DNA of 64,000 bases from Eledone cirrhosa (taxonomy: Eukaryota). Below are positions 30,120-45,600 of this stretch, in pieces. Positions within the stretch are counted from its first letter, which is position 1. Each line of letters begins with the position of its first letter. The notes beneath the pieces were generated by a model that was not told where the DNA came from, searched no databases, and saw only the letters and a program-made list of their open reading frames with translations. Both the position numbers and the translations under genes were made by a program. The stretch is from positions 46,438,001 through 46,502,000 of the forward strand of contig OZ024740.1 of the NCBI GenBank assembly GCA_964016885.1. Direction: 5' to 3'.

Positions 30120-33100
30120 GTAACCTCTACGATAGCCACAACCCAGCCTAACAGAATTACAATGTAACCTCTACTATAGCCACAACCTAGCCTAACAGAA
30201 TTACAATGTAACCTCTACTACAGCCCCAACCCAGCCTAACAGAATTACAATGTAACCTCTACTATAGCCACAACCCAGTCTAACAGAATTACAATGTAAC
30301 CTCTACTATAGCCACAACCCAGTCTAACAGAATTACAATGTAACCTCTACTATAGCCACAACCCAGCCTAACAGAATTACAATGTAACCTCTACTATAGC
30401 CACAACCCAGTCTAACAGAATTACAATGTAACCTCTACTATAGCCACAACCTAGTCTAACAGAATTACAATGTAACCTCTACTATAGCCACAACCCAGTC
30501 TAACAGAATTACAATGTAACCTCTACTATAGCCACAACCCAGCCTAACAGAATTACAATGTAACCTCTACTATAGCCACAACCCAGTCTAACAGAATTAC
30601 AATGTAACCTCTACTATAGCCACAACCCAGTCTAACAGAATTACAATGTAACCTCTACTATAGCCACAACCCAGTCTAACAGAATTACAATGTAACCTCT
30701 ACTATAGCCACAACCCAGCCTAACAGAATTACAATGTAACCTCTACTATAGCCACAACCCAGTCTAACAGAATTACAATGTAACCTCTACTATAGCCACA
30801 ACCCAGTCTAACAGAATTACAATGTAACCTCTACTATAGCCACAACCCAGCCTAACAGAATTACAATGTAACCTCTACTATAGCCACAACCTAGCCTAAC
30901 AGAATTACAATGTAACCTCTACAATAGCCACAACCCAGTCTAACAGAATTACAATGTAACCTTTACTATAGCCACAACCCAGCCTAACAGAATTACAATG
31001 TAACCTCTACTATAGTCACAACCCAGCCTAACAGAATTACAATGTAACCTCTACTATAGCCACAACCCAGTCTAACAGAATTACAATGTAACCTCTACTA
31101 TAGCCACAACCCAGCCTAACAGAATTACAATGTAACCTCTACTATAGCCACAACCCAGCCTAACAGAATTACAATGTAACCTCTACTATAGCCACAACCC
31201 AGACTATCAGAATTACAATGTAACCTCTACTATAGCCACAACCCAGCCTAACAGAATTACAATGTAACCTCTACTATAGCCACAACCTAGCCTAACAGAA
31301 TTACAATGTAACCTCTACTATAGCCACAACCCAGTCTAACATAATTACAATGTAACCTCTACTATAGCCACAACCTAGCCTAACAGAATTACAATGTAAC
31401 CTCTACTATAGCCACAACCCAGTCTAGCAGAAATACAATGTAACCTCTACTATAGCCACAACCTAGTCTAACAGAATTACAATGTAACCTCTACTATAGT
31501 CACAACCCATGTGTAACAGAATTACAATGTAACCTCTACTATAGCCACAAACCAGTCTATCAGAATTAAAATGTAAACTCTACGATAGCCACAACCCAGC
31601 CTAACAGAATTACAATGTAACCTCTACTATAGCCACAACCTAGCCTAACAGAATTACAATGTAACCTCTACTATAGCCCCAACCCAGCCTAACAGAATTA
31701 CAATGTAACCTCTACTATAGCCACAACCCAGTCTATCAGAATTACAATGTAACCTCTACTATAGCCACAACCCAGTCTAACAGAATTACAATGTAACCTC
31801 TACTATAGCCACAACCCAGCCTAACAGAATTACAATGTAACCTCTACTATAGCCACAACCCAGTCTAACAGAATTACAATGTAACCTCTACTATAGCCAC
31901 AACCCAGCCTAACAGAATTACAATGTAACCTCTACTATAGCCACAACCCAGTCTAACAGAATTACAATGTAACCTCTACTATAGCCACAACCCAGTCTAA
32001 CAGAATTACAATGTAACCTCTACTATAGCCACAACCCAGCCTAACAGAATTACAATGTAACCTCTACTATAGCCACAACCTAGCCTAACAGAATTACAAT
32101 GTAACCTCTACAATAGCCACAGCCCAGTCTAACAGAATTACAATGTAACCTTTACTATAGCCACAACCCAGCCTAACAGAATTACAATGTAACCTCTACT
32201 ATAGTCACAACCCAGCCTAACAGAATTACAATGTAACCTCTACTATAGCCACAACCCAGTCTAACATAATTACAATGTAACCTCTACTATAGCCACAACC
32301 TAGCCTAACAGAATTACAATGTAACCTCTACTATAGCCACAACCCAGTCGAGCAGAATTACAATGTAACCTCTACTATAGCCACAACCTAGCCTAACAGA
32401 ATTACAATGTAACCTCTACTATAGCCACAACCCAGTCTAGCAGAATTACAATGTAACCTCTACTATAGCCACAACCTAGTCTAACAGAATTACAATGTAA
32501 CCTCTACTATAGTCACAACCCATGTGTAACAGAATTACAATGTAACCTCTACGATAGCCACAACCCAGCCTAACAGAATTACAATGTAACCTCTACTATA
32601 GCCACAACCTAGCCTAACAGAATTACAATGTAACCTCTACTACAGCCCCAACCCAGCCTAACAGAATTACAATGTAACCTCTACTATAGCCACAACCCAG
32701 TCTAACAGAATTACAATGTAACCTCTACTATAGCCACAACCCAGTCTAACAGAATTACAATGTAACCTCTACTATAGCCACAACCCAGCCTAACAGAATT
32801 ACAATGTAACCTCTACTATAGCCACAACCCAGTCTAACAGAATTACAATGTAACCTCTACTATAGCCACAACCTAGTCTAACAGAATTACAATGTAACCT
32901 CTACTATAGCCACAACCCAGTCTAACAGAATTACAATGTAACCTCTACTATAGCCACAACCCAGCCTAACAGAATTATAATGTAACCTCTACTATAGCCA
33001 CAACCCAGTCTAACAGAATTACAATGTAACCTCTACTATAGCCACAACCCAGTCTAACAGAATTACAATGTAACCTCTACTATAGCCACAACCCAGTCTA

Positions 33101-35150
33101 ACAGAATTACAATGTAACCTCTACTATAGCCACAACCCAGCCTAACAGAATTACAATGTAACCTCTACTATAGCCACAACCCAGTCTAACAGAATTACAA
33201 TGTAACCTCTACTATAGCCACAACCCAGTCTAACAGAATTACAATGTAACCTCTACTATAGCCACAACCCAGCCTAACAGAATTACAATGTAACCTCTAC
33301 TATAGCCACAACCTAGCCTAACAGAATTACAATGTAACCTCTACAATAGCCACAACCCAGTCTAACAGAATTACAATGTAACCTTTACTATAGCCACAAC
33401 CCAGCCTAACAGAATTACAATGTAACCTCTACTATAGTCACAACCCAGCCTAACAGAATTACAATGTAACCTCTACTATAGCCACAACCCAGTCTAACAG
33501 AATTACAATGTAACCTCTACTATAGCCACAACCCAGCCTAACAGAATTACAATGTAACCTCTACTATAGCCACAACCCAGCCTAACAGAATTACAATGTA
33601 ACCTCTACTATAGCCACAACCCAGACTATCAGAATTACAATGTAACCTCTACTATAGCCACAACCCAGCCTAACAGAATTACAATGTAACCTCTACTATA
33701 GCCACAACCTAGCCTAACAGAATTACAATGTAACCTCTACTATAGCCACAACCCAGTCTAACATAATTACAATGTAACCTCTACTATAGCCACAACCTAG
33801 CCTAACAGAATTACAATGTAACCTCTACTATAGCCACAACCCAGTCTAGCAGAAATACAATGTAACCTCTACTATAGCCACAACCTAGTCTAACAGAATT
33901 ACAATGTAACCTCTACTATAGTCACAACCCATGTGTAACAGAATTACAATGTAACCTCTACTATAGCCACAAACCAGTCTATCAGAATTACAATGTAAAC
34001 TCTACGATAGCCACAACCCAGCCTAACAGAATTACAATGTAACCTCTACTATAGCCACAACCTAGCCTAACAGAATTACAATGTAACCTCTACTATAGCC
34101 CCAACCCAGCCTAACAGAATTACAATGTAACCTCTACTATAGCCACAACCCAGTCTATCAGAATTACAATGTAACCTCTACTATAGCCACAACCCAGTCT
34201 AACAGAATTACAATGTAACCTCTACTATAGCCACAACCCAGCCTAACAGAATTACAATGTAACCTCTACTATAGCCACAACCCAGTCTAACAGAATTACA
34301 ATGTAACCTCTACTATAGCCACAACCCAGCCTAACAGAATTACAATGTAACCTCTACTATAGCCACAACCCAGTCTAACAGAATTACAATGTAACCTCTA
34401 CTATAGCCACAACCCAGTCTAACAGAATTACAATGTAACCTCTACTATAGCCACAACCCAGCCTAACAGAATTACAATGTAACCTCTACTATAGCCACAA
34501 CCTAGCCTAACAGAATTACAATGTAACCTCTACAATAGCCACAGCCCAGTCTAACAGAATTACAATGTAACCTTTACTATAGCCACAACCCAGCCTAACA
34601 GAATTACAATGTAACCTCTACTATAGTCACAACCCAGCCTAACAGAATTACAATGTAACCTCTACTATAGCCACAACCCAGTCTAACATAATTACAATGT
34701 AACCTCTACTATAGCCACAACCTAGCCTAACAGAATTACAATGTAACCTCTACTATAGCCACAACCCAGTCGAGCAGAATTACAATGTAACCTCTACTAT
34801 AGCCACAACCTAGCCTAACAGAATTACAATGTAACCTCTACTATAGCCACAACCCAGTCTAGCAGAATTACAATGTAACCTCTACTATAGCCACAACCTA
34901 GTCTAACAGAATTACAATGTAACCTCTACTATAGTCACAACCCATGTGTAACAGAATTACAATGTAACCTCTACGATAGCCACAACCCAGCCTAACAGAA
35001 TTACAATGTAACCTCTACTATAGCCACAACCTAGCCTAACAGAATTACAATGTAACCTCTACTACAGCCCCAACCCAGCCTAACAGAATTACAATGTAAC
35101 CTCTACTATAGCCACAACCCAGTCTAACAGAATTACAATGTAACCTCTAC
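30120..35150. repeat. Tandem duplication, 2422-bp unit (55 monomers)
   Basis: Private markers GTCGAGCAG (32323/34745), CACAGCCC (32103/34525) and GAAATACAA (about 31430/33852), offset 2422 = 55x44 + 2. Confidence 0.87.
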
Positions 35151-35829
35151 TATAGCCACAACCCAACCTAACAGCAGAATTACAATGTAACCTCTACTAT
35201 AGCCACAACCCAGCCTAACAGAATTACAATGTAACCTCTACTATAGCCACAACCCAGTCTAACAGAATTACAATGTAACCTCTACTATAGCCACAACCTA
35301 GTCTAACAGAATTACAATGTAACCTCTACTATAGCCACAACCCAGTCTAACAGAATTACAATGTAACCTCTACTATAGCCACAACCCAGCCTAACAGAAT
35401 TACAATGTAACCTCTACTATAGCCACAACCCAGTCTAACAGAATTACAATGTAACCTCTACTATAGCCACAACCCAGTCTAACAGAATTACAATGTAACC
35501 TCTACTATAGCCACAACCCAGCCTAACAGAATTACAATGTAACCTCTACTATAGCCACAACCCAGTCTAACAGAATTACAATGTAACCTCTACTATAGCC
35601 ACAACCCAGCCTAACAGAATTACAATGTAACCTCTACTATAGCCACAACCCAGTCTAACAGAATTACAATGTAACCTCTACTATAGCCACAACCCAGTCT
35701 AACAGAATTACGATGTAACCTCTACTATAGCCACAACCCAGCCTAACAGAATTACAATGTAACCTCTACTATAGTCACAACCTAGCCTAACAGAATTACA
35801 ATGTAACCTCTACAATAGCCACAACCCAG

Positions 35830-38800
35830 TCTAACAGAATTACAATGTAACCTTTACTATAGCCACAACCCAGCCTAACAGAATTACAATGTAACCTCTA
35901 CTATAGTCACAACCCAGCCTAACAGAATTACAATGTAACCTCTACTATAGCCACAACCCAGTCTAACAGAATTACAATGTAACCTCTACTATAGCCACAA
36001 CCCAGCCTAACAGAATTACAATGTAACCTCTACTATAGCCACAACCCAGCCTAACAGAATTACAATGTAACCTCTACTATAGCCACAACCCAGTCTATCA
36101 GAATTACAATGTAACCTCTACTATAGCCACAACCCAGCCTAACAGAATTACAATGTAACCTCTACTATAGCCACAACCTAGCCTAACAGAATTACAATGT
36201 AACCTCTACTATAGCCACAACCCAGTCTAACATAATTACAATGTAACCTCTACTATAGCCACAACCTAGCCTAACAGAATTACAATGTAACCTCTACTAT
36301 AGCCACAACCCAGTCTAGCAGAATTACAATGTAACCTCTACTATAGCCACAACCTAGCCTAACAGAATTACAATGTAACCTCTACTATAGCCACAACCCA
36401 GTCTAGCAGAATTACAATGTAACCTCTACTATAGCCACAACCTAGTCTAACAGAATTACAATGTAACCTCTACTATAGTCACAACCCATGTGTAACAGAA
36501 TTACAATGTAACCTCTACGATAGCCACAACCCAGCCTAACAGAATTACAATGTAACCTCTACTATAGCCACAACCTAGCCTAACAGAATTACAATGTAAC
36601 CTCTACTACAGCCCCAACCCAGCCTAACAGAATTACAATGTAACCTCTACTATAGCCACAACCCAGTCTAACAGAATTACAATGTAACCTCTACTATAGC
36701 CACAACCCAACCTAACAGCAGAATTACAATGTAACCTCTACTATAGCCACAACCCAGCCTAACAGAATTACAATGTAACCTCTACTATAGCCACAACCCA
36801 GTCTAACAGAATTACAATGTAACCTCTACTATAGCCACAACCTAGTCTAACAGAATTACAATGTAACCTCTACTATAGCCACAACCCAGTCTAACAGAAT
36901 TACAATGTAACCTCTACTATAGCCACAACCCAGCCTAACAGAATTACAATGTAACCTCTACTATAGCCACAACCCAGTCTAACAGAATTACAATGTAACC
37001 TCTACTATAGCCACAACCCAGTCTAACAGAATTACAATGTAACCTCTACTATAGCCACAACCCAGTCTAACAGAATTACAATGTAACCTCTACTATAGCC
37101 ACAACCCAGCCTAACAGAATTACAATGTAACCTCTACTATAGCCACAACCCAGTCTAACAGAATTACAATGTAACCTCTACTATAGCCACAACCCAGTCT
37201 AACAGAATTACAATGTAACCTCTACTATAGCCACAACCCAGTCTAACAGAATTACAATGTAACCTCTACTATAGCCACAACCCAACCTAACAGCAGAATT
37301 ACAATGTAACCTCTACTATAGCCACAACCCAGCCTAACAGAATTACAATGTAACCTCTACTATAGCCACAACCCAGTCTAACAGAATTACAATGTAACCT
37401 CTACTATAGCCACAACCCAGTCTAACAGAATTACAATGTAACCTCTACTATAGCCACAACCCAGCCTAACAGAATTACAATGTAACCTCTACTATAGTCA
37501 CAACCCAGTCTAACAGAATTACAATGTAACCTCTACTATAGCCACAACCCAGTCTAACAGAATTACAATGTAACCTCTACTATAGCCACAACCCAGCCTA
37601 ACAGAATTACAATGTAACCTCTACTATAGCCACAACCTAGCCTAACAGAATGACAATGTAACCTCTAGAATAGCCACAACCCAGTCTAACAGAATTACAA
37701 TGTAACCTTTACTATAGCCACAACCCAGCCTAACAGAATTACAATGTAACCTCTACTATAGTCACAACCCAGCCTAACAGAATTACAATGTAACCTCTAC
37801 TATAGCCACAACCCAGTCTAACAGAATTACAATGTAACCTCTACTATAGCCACAACCCAGCCTAACAGAATTACAATGTAACCTCTACTATAGCCACAAC
37901 CCAGTCTAACAGAATTACAATGTAACCTTTACTATAGCCACAACCCAGCCTAACAGAATTACAATGTAACCTCTACTATAGTCACAACCCAGCCTAACAG
38001 AATTACAATGTAACCTCTACTATAGCCACAACCCAGTCTAACAGAATTACAATGTAACCTCTACTATAGCCACAACCCAGCCTAACAGAATTACAATGTA
38101 ACCTCTACTATAGCCACAACCCAGCCTAACAGAATTACAATGTAACCTCTACTATAGCCACAACCCAGTCTATCAGAATTACAATGTAACCTCTACTATA
38201 GCCACAACCCAGCCTAACAGAATTACAATGTAACCTCTACTATAGCCACAACCTAGCCTAACAGAATTACAATGTAACCTCTACTATAGCCACAACCCAG
38301 TCTAACATAATTACAATGTAACCTCTACTATAGCCACAACCTAGCCTAACAGAATTACAATGTAACCTCTACTATAGCCACAACCCAGTCTAGCAGAATT
38401 ACAATGTAACCTCTACTATAGCCACAACCTAGCCTAACAGAATTACAATGTAACCTCTACTATAGCCACAACCCAGTCTAGCAGAATTACAATGTAACCT
38501 CTACTATAGCCACAACCTAGTCTAACAGAATTACAATGTAACCTCTACTATAGTCACAACCCATGTGTAACAGAATTACAATGTAACCTCTACGATAGCC
38601 ACAACCCAGCCTAACAGAATTACAATGTAACCTCTACTATAGCCACAACCTAGCCTAACAGAATTACAATGTAACCTCTACTACAGCCCCAACCCAGCCT
38701 AACAGAATTACAATGTAACCTCTACTATAGCCACAACCCAGTCTAACAGAATTACAATGTAACCTCTACTATAGCCACAACCCAACCTAACAGCAGAATT

Positions 38801-39990
38801 ACAATGTAACCTCTACTATAGCCACAACCCAGCCTAACAGAATTACAATGTAACCTCTACTATAGCCACAACCCAGTCTAACAGAATTACAATGTAACCT
38901 CTACTATAGCCACAACCTAGTCTAACAGAATTACAATGTAACCTCTACTATAGCCACAACCCAGTCTAACAGAATTACAATGTAACCTCTACTATAGCCA
39001 CAACCCAGCCTAACAGAATTACAATGTAACCTCTACTATAGCCACAACCCAGTCTAACAGAATTACAATGTAACCTCTACTATAGCCACAACCCAGTCTA
39101 ACAGAATTACAATGTAACCTCTACTATAGCCACAACCCAGTCTAACAGAATTACAATGTAACCTCTACTATAGCCACAACCCAGCCTAACAGAATTACAA
39201 TGTAACCTCTACTATAGCCACAACCCAGTCTAACAGAATTACAATGTAACCTCTACTATAGCCACAACCCAGTCTAACAGAATTACAATGTAACCTCTAC
39301 TATAGCCACAACCCAGTCTAACAGAATTACAATGTAACCTCTACTATAGCCACAACCCAACCTAACAGCAGAATTACAATGTAACCTCTACTATAGCCAC
39401 AACCCAGCCTAACAGAATTACAATGTAACCTCTACTATAGCCACAACCCAGTCTAACAGAATTACAATGTAACCTCTACTATAGCCACAACCCAGTCTAA
39501 CAGAATTACAATGTAACCTCTACTATAGCCACAACCCAGCCTAACAGAATTACAATGTAACCTCTACTATAGTCACAACCCAGTCTAACAGAATTACAAT
39601 GTAACCTCTACTATAGCCACAACCCAGTCTAACAGAATTACAATGTAACCTCTACTATAGCCACAACCCAGCCTAACAGAATTACAATGTAACCTCTACT
39701 ATAGCCACAACCTAGCCTAACAGAATGACAATGTAACCTCTACAATAGCCACAACCCAGTCTAACAGAATTACAATGTAACCTTTACTATAGCCACAACC
39801 CAGCCTAACAGAATTACAATGTAACCTCTACTATAGTCACAACCCAGCCTAACAGAATTACAATGTAACCTCTACTATAGCCACAACCCAGTCTAACAGA
39901 ATTACAATGTAACCTCTACTATAGCCACAACCCAGCCTAACAGAATTACAATGTAACCTCTACTATAGCCACAACCCAGCCTAACAGAAT
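35830..39990. repeat. Tandem duplication, 2075-bp unit (47 monomers)
   Basis: GAATGACAA at 37651/39726 and CATGTG monomer at 36465/38540, offset 2075 = 47x44 + 2x3 + 1. Boundaries approximate. Confidence 0.8.
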
Positions 39991-42600
39991 TACAATGTAA
40001 CCTCTACTATAGCCACAACCCAGACTATCAGAATTACAATGTAACCTCTACTATAGCCACAACCCAGCCTAACAGAATTACAATGTAACCTCTACTATAG
40101 CCACAACCTAGCCTAACAGAATTACAATGTAACCTCTACTATAGCCACAACCCAGTCTAACATAATTACAATGTAACCTCTACTATAGCCACAACCTAGC
40201 CTAACAGAATTACAATGTAACCTCTACTATAGCCACAACCCAGTCTAGCAGAATTACAATGTAACCTCTACTATAGCCACAACCTAGTCTAACAGAATTA
40301 CAATGTAACCTCTACTATAGTCACAACCCATGTGTAACAGAATTACAATGTAACCTCTACTATAGCCACAAACCAGTCTATCAGAATTACAATGTAACCT
40401 CTACGATAGCCACAACCCAGCCTAACAGAATTACAATGTAACCTCTACTATAGCCACAACCTAGCCTAACAGAATTACAATGTAACCTCTACTATAGCCC
40501 CAACCCAGCCTAACAGAATTACAATGTAACCTCTACTATAGCCACAACCCAGTCTATCAGAATTACAATGTAACCTCTACTATAGCCACAACCCAGTCTA
40601 ACAGAATTACAATGTAACCTCTACTATAGCCACAACCCAGCCTAACAGAATTACAATGTAACCTCTACTATAGTCACAACCCAGCCTAACAGAATTACAA
40701 TGTAACCTCTACTATAGACACAACCCAGTCTAACAGAATTACAATGTAACCTCTACTATAGCCACAACCCAGTCTAACAGAATTACAATGTAACCTCTAC
40801 TATAGCCACAAACCAGCCTAACAGAATTACAATGTAACCTCTACTATAGCCACAACCTAGCCTAACAGAATTACAATGTAACCTCTACAATAGCCACAAC
40901 CCAGTCTAACAGAATTACAATGTAACCTTTACTATAGCCACAACCCAGCCTAACAGAATTACAATGTAACCTCTACTATAGTCACAACCCAGCCTAACAG
41001 AATTACAATGTAACCTCTACTATAGCCACAACCCAGTCTAACAGAATTACAATGTAACCTCTACTATAGCCACAACCCAGCCTAACAGAATTACAATGTA
41101 ACCTCTACTATAGCCACAACCCAGCCTAACAGAATTACAATGTAACCTCTACTATAGCCACAACCCAGTCTATCAGAATTACAATGTAACCTCTACTATA
41201 GCCACAACCCAGCCTAACAGAATTACAATGTAACCTCTACTATAGCGACAACCTAGCCTAACAGAATTACAATGTAACCTCTACTATAGCCACAACCCAG
41301 TCTAACATAATTACAATGTAACCTCTACTATAGCCACAACCTAGCCTAACAGAATTACAATGTAACCTCTACTATAGCCACAACCCAGTCTAGCAGAATT
41401 ACAATGTAACCTCTACTATGGCCACAACCTAGTCTAACAGAATTACAATGTAACCTCTACTATAGTCACAACCCATGTGTAACAGAATTACAATGTAACC
41501 TCTACTATAGCCACAAACCAGTCTATCAGAATTACAATGTAACCTCTACTATAGCCACAACCCAGCCTAACAGAATTACAATGTAACCTCTACTATAGCC
41601 ACAACCTAGCCTAACAGAATTACAATGTAACCTCTACTATAGCCACAACCCAGCCTAACAGAATTACAATGTAACCTCTACTATAGTCACAACCCAGCCT
41701 AACAGAATTACAATGTAACCTCTACTATAGCCACAACCCAGTCTAACAGAATTACAATGTAACCTCTACTATAGCCACAACCCAGCCTAACAGAATTACA
41801 ATGTAACCTCTACTATAGCCACAACCCAGCCTAACAGAATTACAATGTAACCTCTACTATAGCCACAACCCAGACTATCAGAATTACAATGTAACCTCTA
41901 CTATAGCCACAACCCAGCCTAACAGAATTACAATGTAACCTCTACTATAGCCACAACCTAGCCTAACAGAATTACAATGTAACCTCTACTATAGCCACAA
42001 CCCAGTCTAACATAATTACAATGTAACCTCTACTATAGCCACAACCTAGCCTAACAGAATTACAATGTAACCTCTACTATAGCCACAACCCAGTCTAGCA
42101 GAATTACAATGTAACCTCTACTATAGCCACAACCTAGTCTAACAGAATTACAATGTAACCTCTACTATAGTCACAACCCATGTGTAACAGAATTACAATG
42201 TAACCTCTACTATAGCCACAAACCAGTCTATCAGAATTACAATGTAACCTCTACGATAGCCACAACCCAGCCTAACAGAATTACAATGTAACCTCTACTA
42301 TAGCCACAACCTAGCCTAACAGAATTACAATGTAACCTCTACTATAGCCCCAACCCAGCCTAACAGAATTACAATGTAACCTCTACTATAGCCACAACCC
42401 AGTCTATCAGAATTACAATGTAACCTCTACTATAGCCACAACCCAGTCTAACAGAATTACAATGTAACCTCTACTATAGCCACAACCCAGCCTAACAGAA
42501 TTACAATGTAACCTCTACTATAGTCACAACCCAGCCTAACAGAATTACAATGTAACCTCTACTATAGACACAACCCAGTCTAACAGAATTACAATGTAAC
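39800..42600. repeat. Partial tandem duplication at 1850-bp offset (42 monomers)
   Basis: CAGACTATC monomer at 39999/41849, CATGTG monomer at 40307/42157, and TACGATAG, AGCCCCAA and TAGACAC in the same order. Offset 1850 = 42x44 + 2. Confidence 0.75.
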
Positions 42601-45600
42601 CTCTACTATAGCCACAACCCAGCCTAACAGAATTACAATGTAACCTCTACTATAGCCACAACCCAGCCTAACAGAATTACAATGTAACCTCTACTATAGC
42701 CACAACCCAGCCTAACAGAATTACAATGTAACCTCTACTATAGCCACAACCCAGCCTAACAGAATTACAATGTAACCTCTACTATAGCCACAACCCAGCC
42801 TAACAGAATTACAATGTAACCTCTACTATAGCCACAACCCAGCCTAACAGAATTACAATGTAACCTCTACTATAGCCACAACCCAGTCTAACAGAATTAC
42901 AATGTAACCTCTACTATAGCCACAACCCAGTCTAACAGAATTACAATGTAACCTCTACTATAGCCACAACCTAGTCTAACAGAATTACAATGTAACCTCT
43001 ACTATAGCCACAACCTAGCCTAACAGAATTACAATGTAACCTCTACTATAGCCACAACCTAGCCTAACAGAATTACAATGTAAACTCTACTATAGTCACA
43101 ACCCAGTCTAACAGAATTACAATGTAACCTCTACTATAGTCACAACCCAGCCTAACAGAATTACAATGTAACCTCTACTATAGCCACAACCTAGCCTAAC
43201 AGAATTACAATGTAACCTCTACTATAGCCACAACCTAGCCTAACAGAATTACAATGTAACCTCTACTATAGTCACAACCTAGCCTAACAGAATTACAATG
43301 TAACCTCTACTATAGCCACAACCTAGCCTAACAGAATTACAATGTAACCTCTACTATAGCCACAACACAGCCTAACAGAATTACAATGTAACCTCTACTA
43401 TAGCCACAACCCAGCCTAACAGAATTACAATGTAACCTCTACTATAGCCACAACCCAGCCTAACAGAATTACAATGTAACCTCTACTATAGCCACAACCC
43501 AGCCTAACAGAATTACAATGTAACCTCTACTATAGCCACAACCCAGCCTAACAGAATTACAATGTAACCCCTACTATAGCCACAACCCAGTCTAACAGAA
43601 TTACAATGTAACCTCTACTATAGCCACAACCCAGTCTAACAGAATTACAATGTAACCTCTACTATAGCCACAACCCAACCTAACAGCAGAATTACAATGT
43701 AACCTCTACTATAGCCACAACCCAGCCTAACAGAATTACAATGTAACCTCTACTATAGCCACAACCCAGTCTAACAGAATTACAATGTAACCTCTACTAT
43801 AGCCGTAACCCAGTCTAACAGAATTACAATGTAACCTCTACTATAGCCACAACCCAGTCTAACAGAATTACAATGTAACCTCTACTATAGCCACAACCCA
43901 GTCTAACAGAATTACAATGTAACCTCTACTATAGCCACAACCCAGTCTAACAGAATTACAATGTAACCTCTACTATAGCCACAACCCAGCCTAACAGAAT
44001 TACAATGTAACCTCTACTATAGCCACAACCCAGTCTAACAGAATTACAATGTAACCTCTACTATAGCCACAACCCAGTCTAACAGAAGTACAATGTAACC
44101 TCTACTATAGCCACAACCCAGTCTAACAGAATTACAATGTAACCTCTACTATAGCCACAACCCAACCTAACAGCAGAATTACAATGTAACCTCTACTATA
44201 GCCACAACCCAGTCTAACAGAATTACAATGTAACCTCTACTATAGCCACAACCCAGTCTAACAGAATTACAATGTAACCTCTACTATAGCCACAACCCAA
44301 CCTAACAGCAGAATTACAATGTAACCTCTACTATAGCCACAACCCAGCCTAACAGAATTACAATGTAACCTCTACTATAGCCACAACCCAGTCTAACAGA
44401 ATTACAATGTAACCTCTACTATAGCCACAACCCAGTCTAACAGAATTACAATGTAACCTCTACTATAGCCACAACCTAGTCTAACAGAATTACAATGTAA
44501 CCTCTACTATAGCCACAACCCAGTCTAGCAGAATTACAATGTAACCTCTACTATAGCCACAACACAGCCTAACAGAATTACAATGTAACCTCTACTATAG
44601 CCACAACCCAGCCTAACAGAATTACAATGTAACCTCTACTATAGCCACAACCCAGCCTAACAGAATTACAATGTAACCTCTACTATAGCCACAACCCAGC
44701 CTAACAGAATTACAATGTAACCTCTACTATAGCCACAACCCAGCCTAACAGAATTACAATGTAACCCCTACTATAGCCACAACCCAGTCTAACAGAATTA
44801 CAATGTAACCTCTACTATAGCCACAACCCAGTCTAACAGAATTACAATGTAACCTCTACTATAGCTACAACCCAACCTAACAGCAGAATTACAATGTAAC
44901 CTCTACTATAGCCACAACCCAGCCTAACAGAATTACAATGTAACCTCTACTATAGCCACAACCCAGCCTAACAGAATTACAATGTAACCTCTACTATAGC
45001 CACAACCCAGTCTAACAGAATTACAATGTAACCTCTACTATAGCCACAACCCAGTCTAACAGAATTACAATGTAACCTCTACTATAGCCACAACCCAGTC
45101 TAACAGAATTACAATGTAACCTCTACTATAGCCACAACCCAGTCTAACAGAATTACAATGTAACCTCTACTATAGCCACAACCCAACCTAACAGCAGAAT
45201 TACAATGTAACCTCTACTATAGCCACAACCCAGCCTAACAGAATTACAATGTAACCTCTACTATAGCCACAACCCAGTCTAACAGAATTACAATGTAACC
45301 TCTACTATAGACACAACCCAGTCTAACAGAATTACAATGTAACCTCTACTATAGCCACAACCCAGTCTAACAGAATTACAATGTAACCTCTACTATAGCC
45401 ACAACCCAGTCTAACAGAATTACAATGTAACCTCTACTATAGCCACAACCCAGTCTAACAGAATTACAATGTAACCTCTACTATAGCCACAACCCAGTCT
45501 AACAGAATTACAATGTAACCTCTACTATAGCCACAACCCAGCCTAACAGAATTACAATGTAACCTCTACTATAGCCACAACCCAGTCTAACAGAATTACA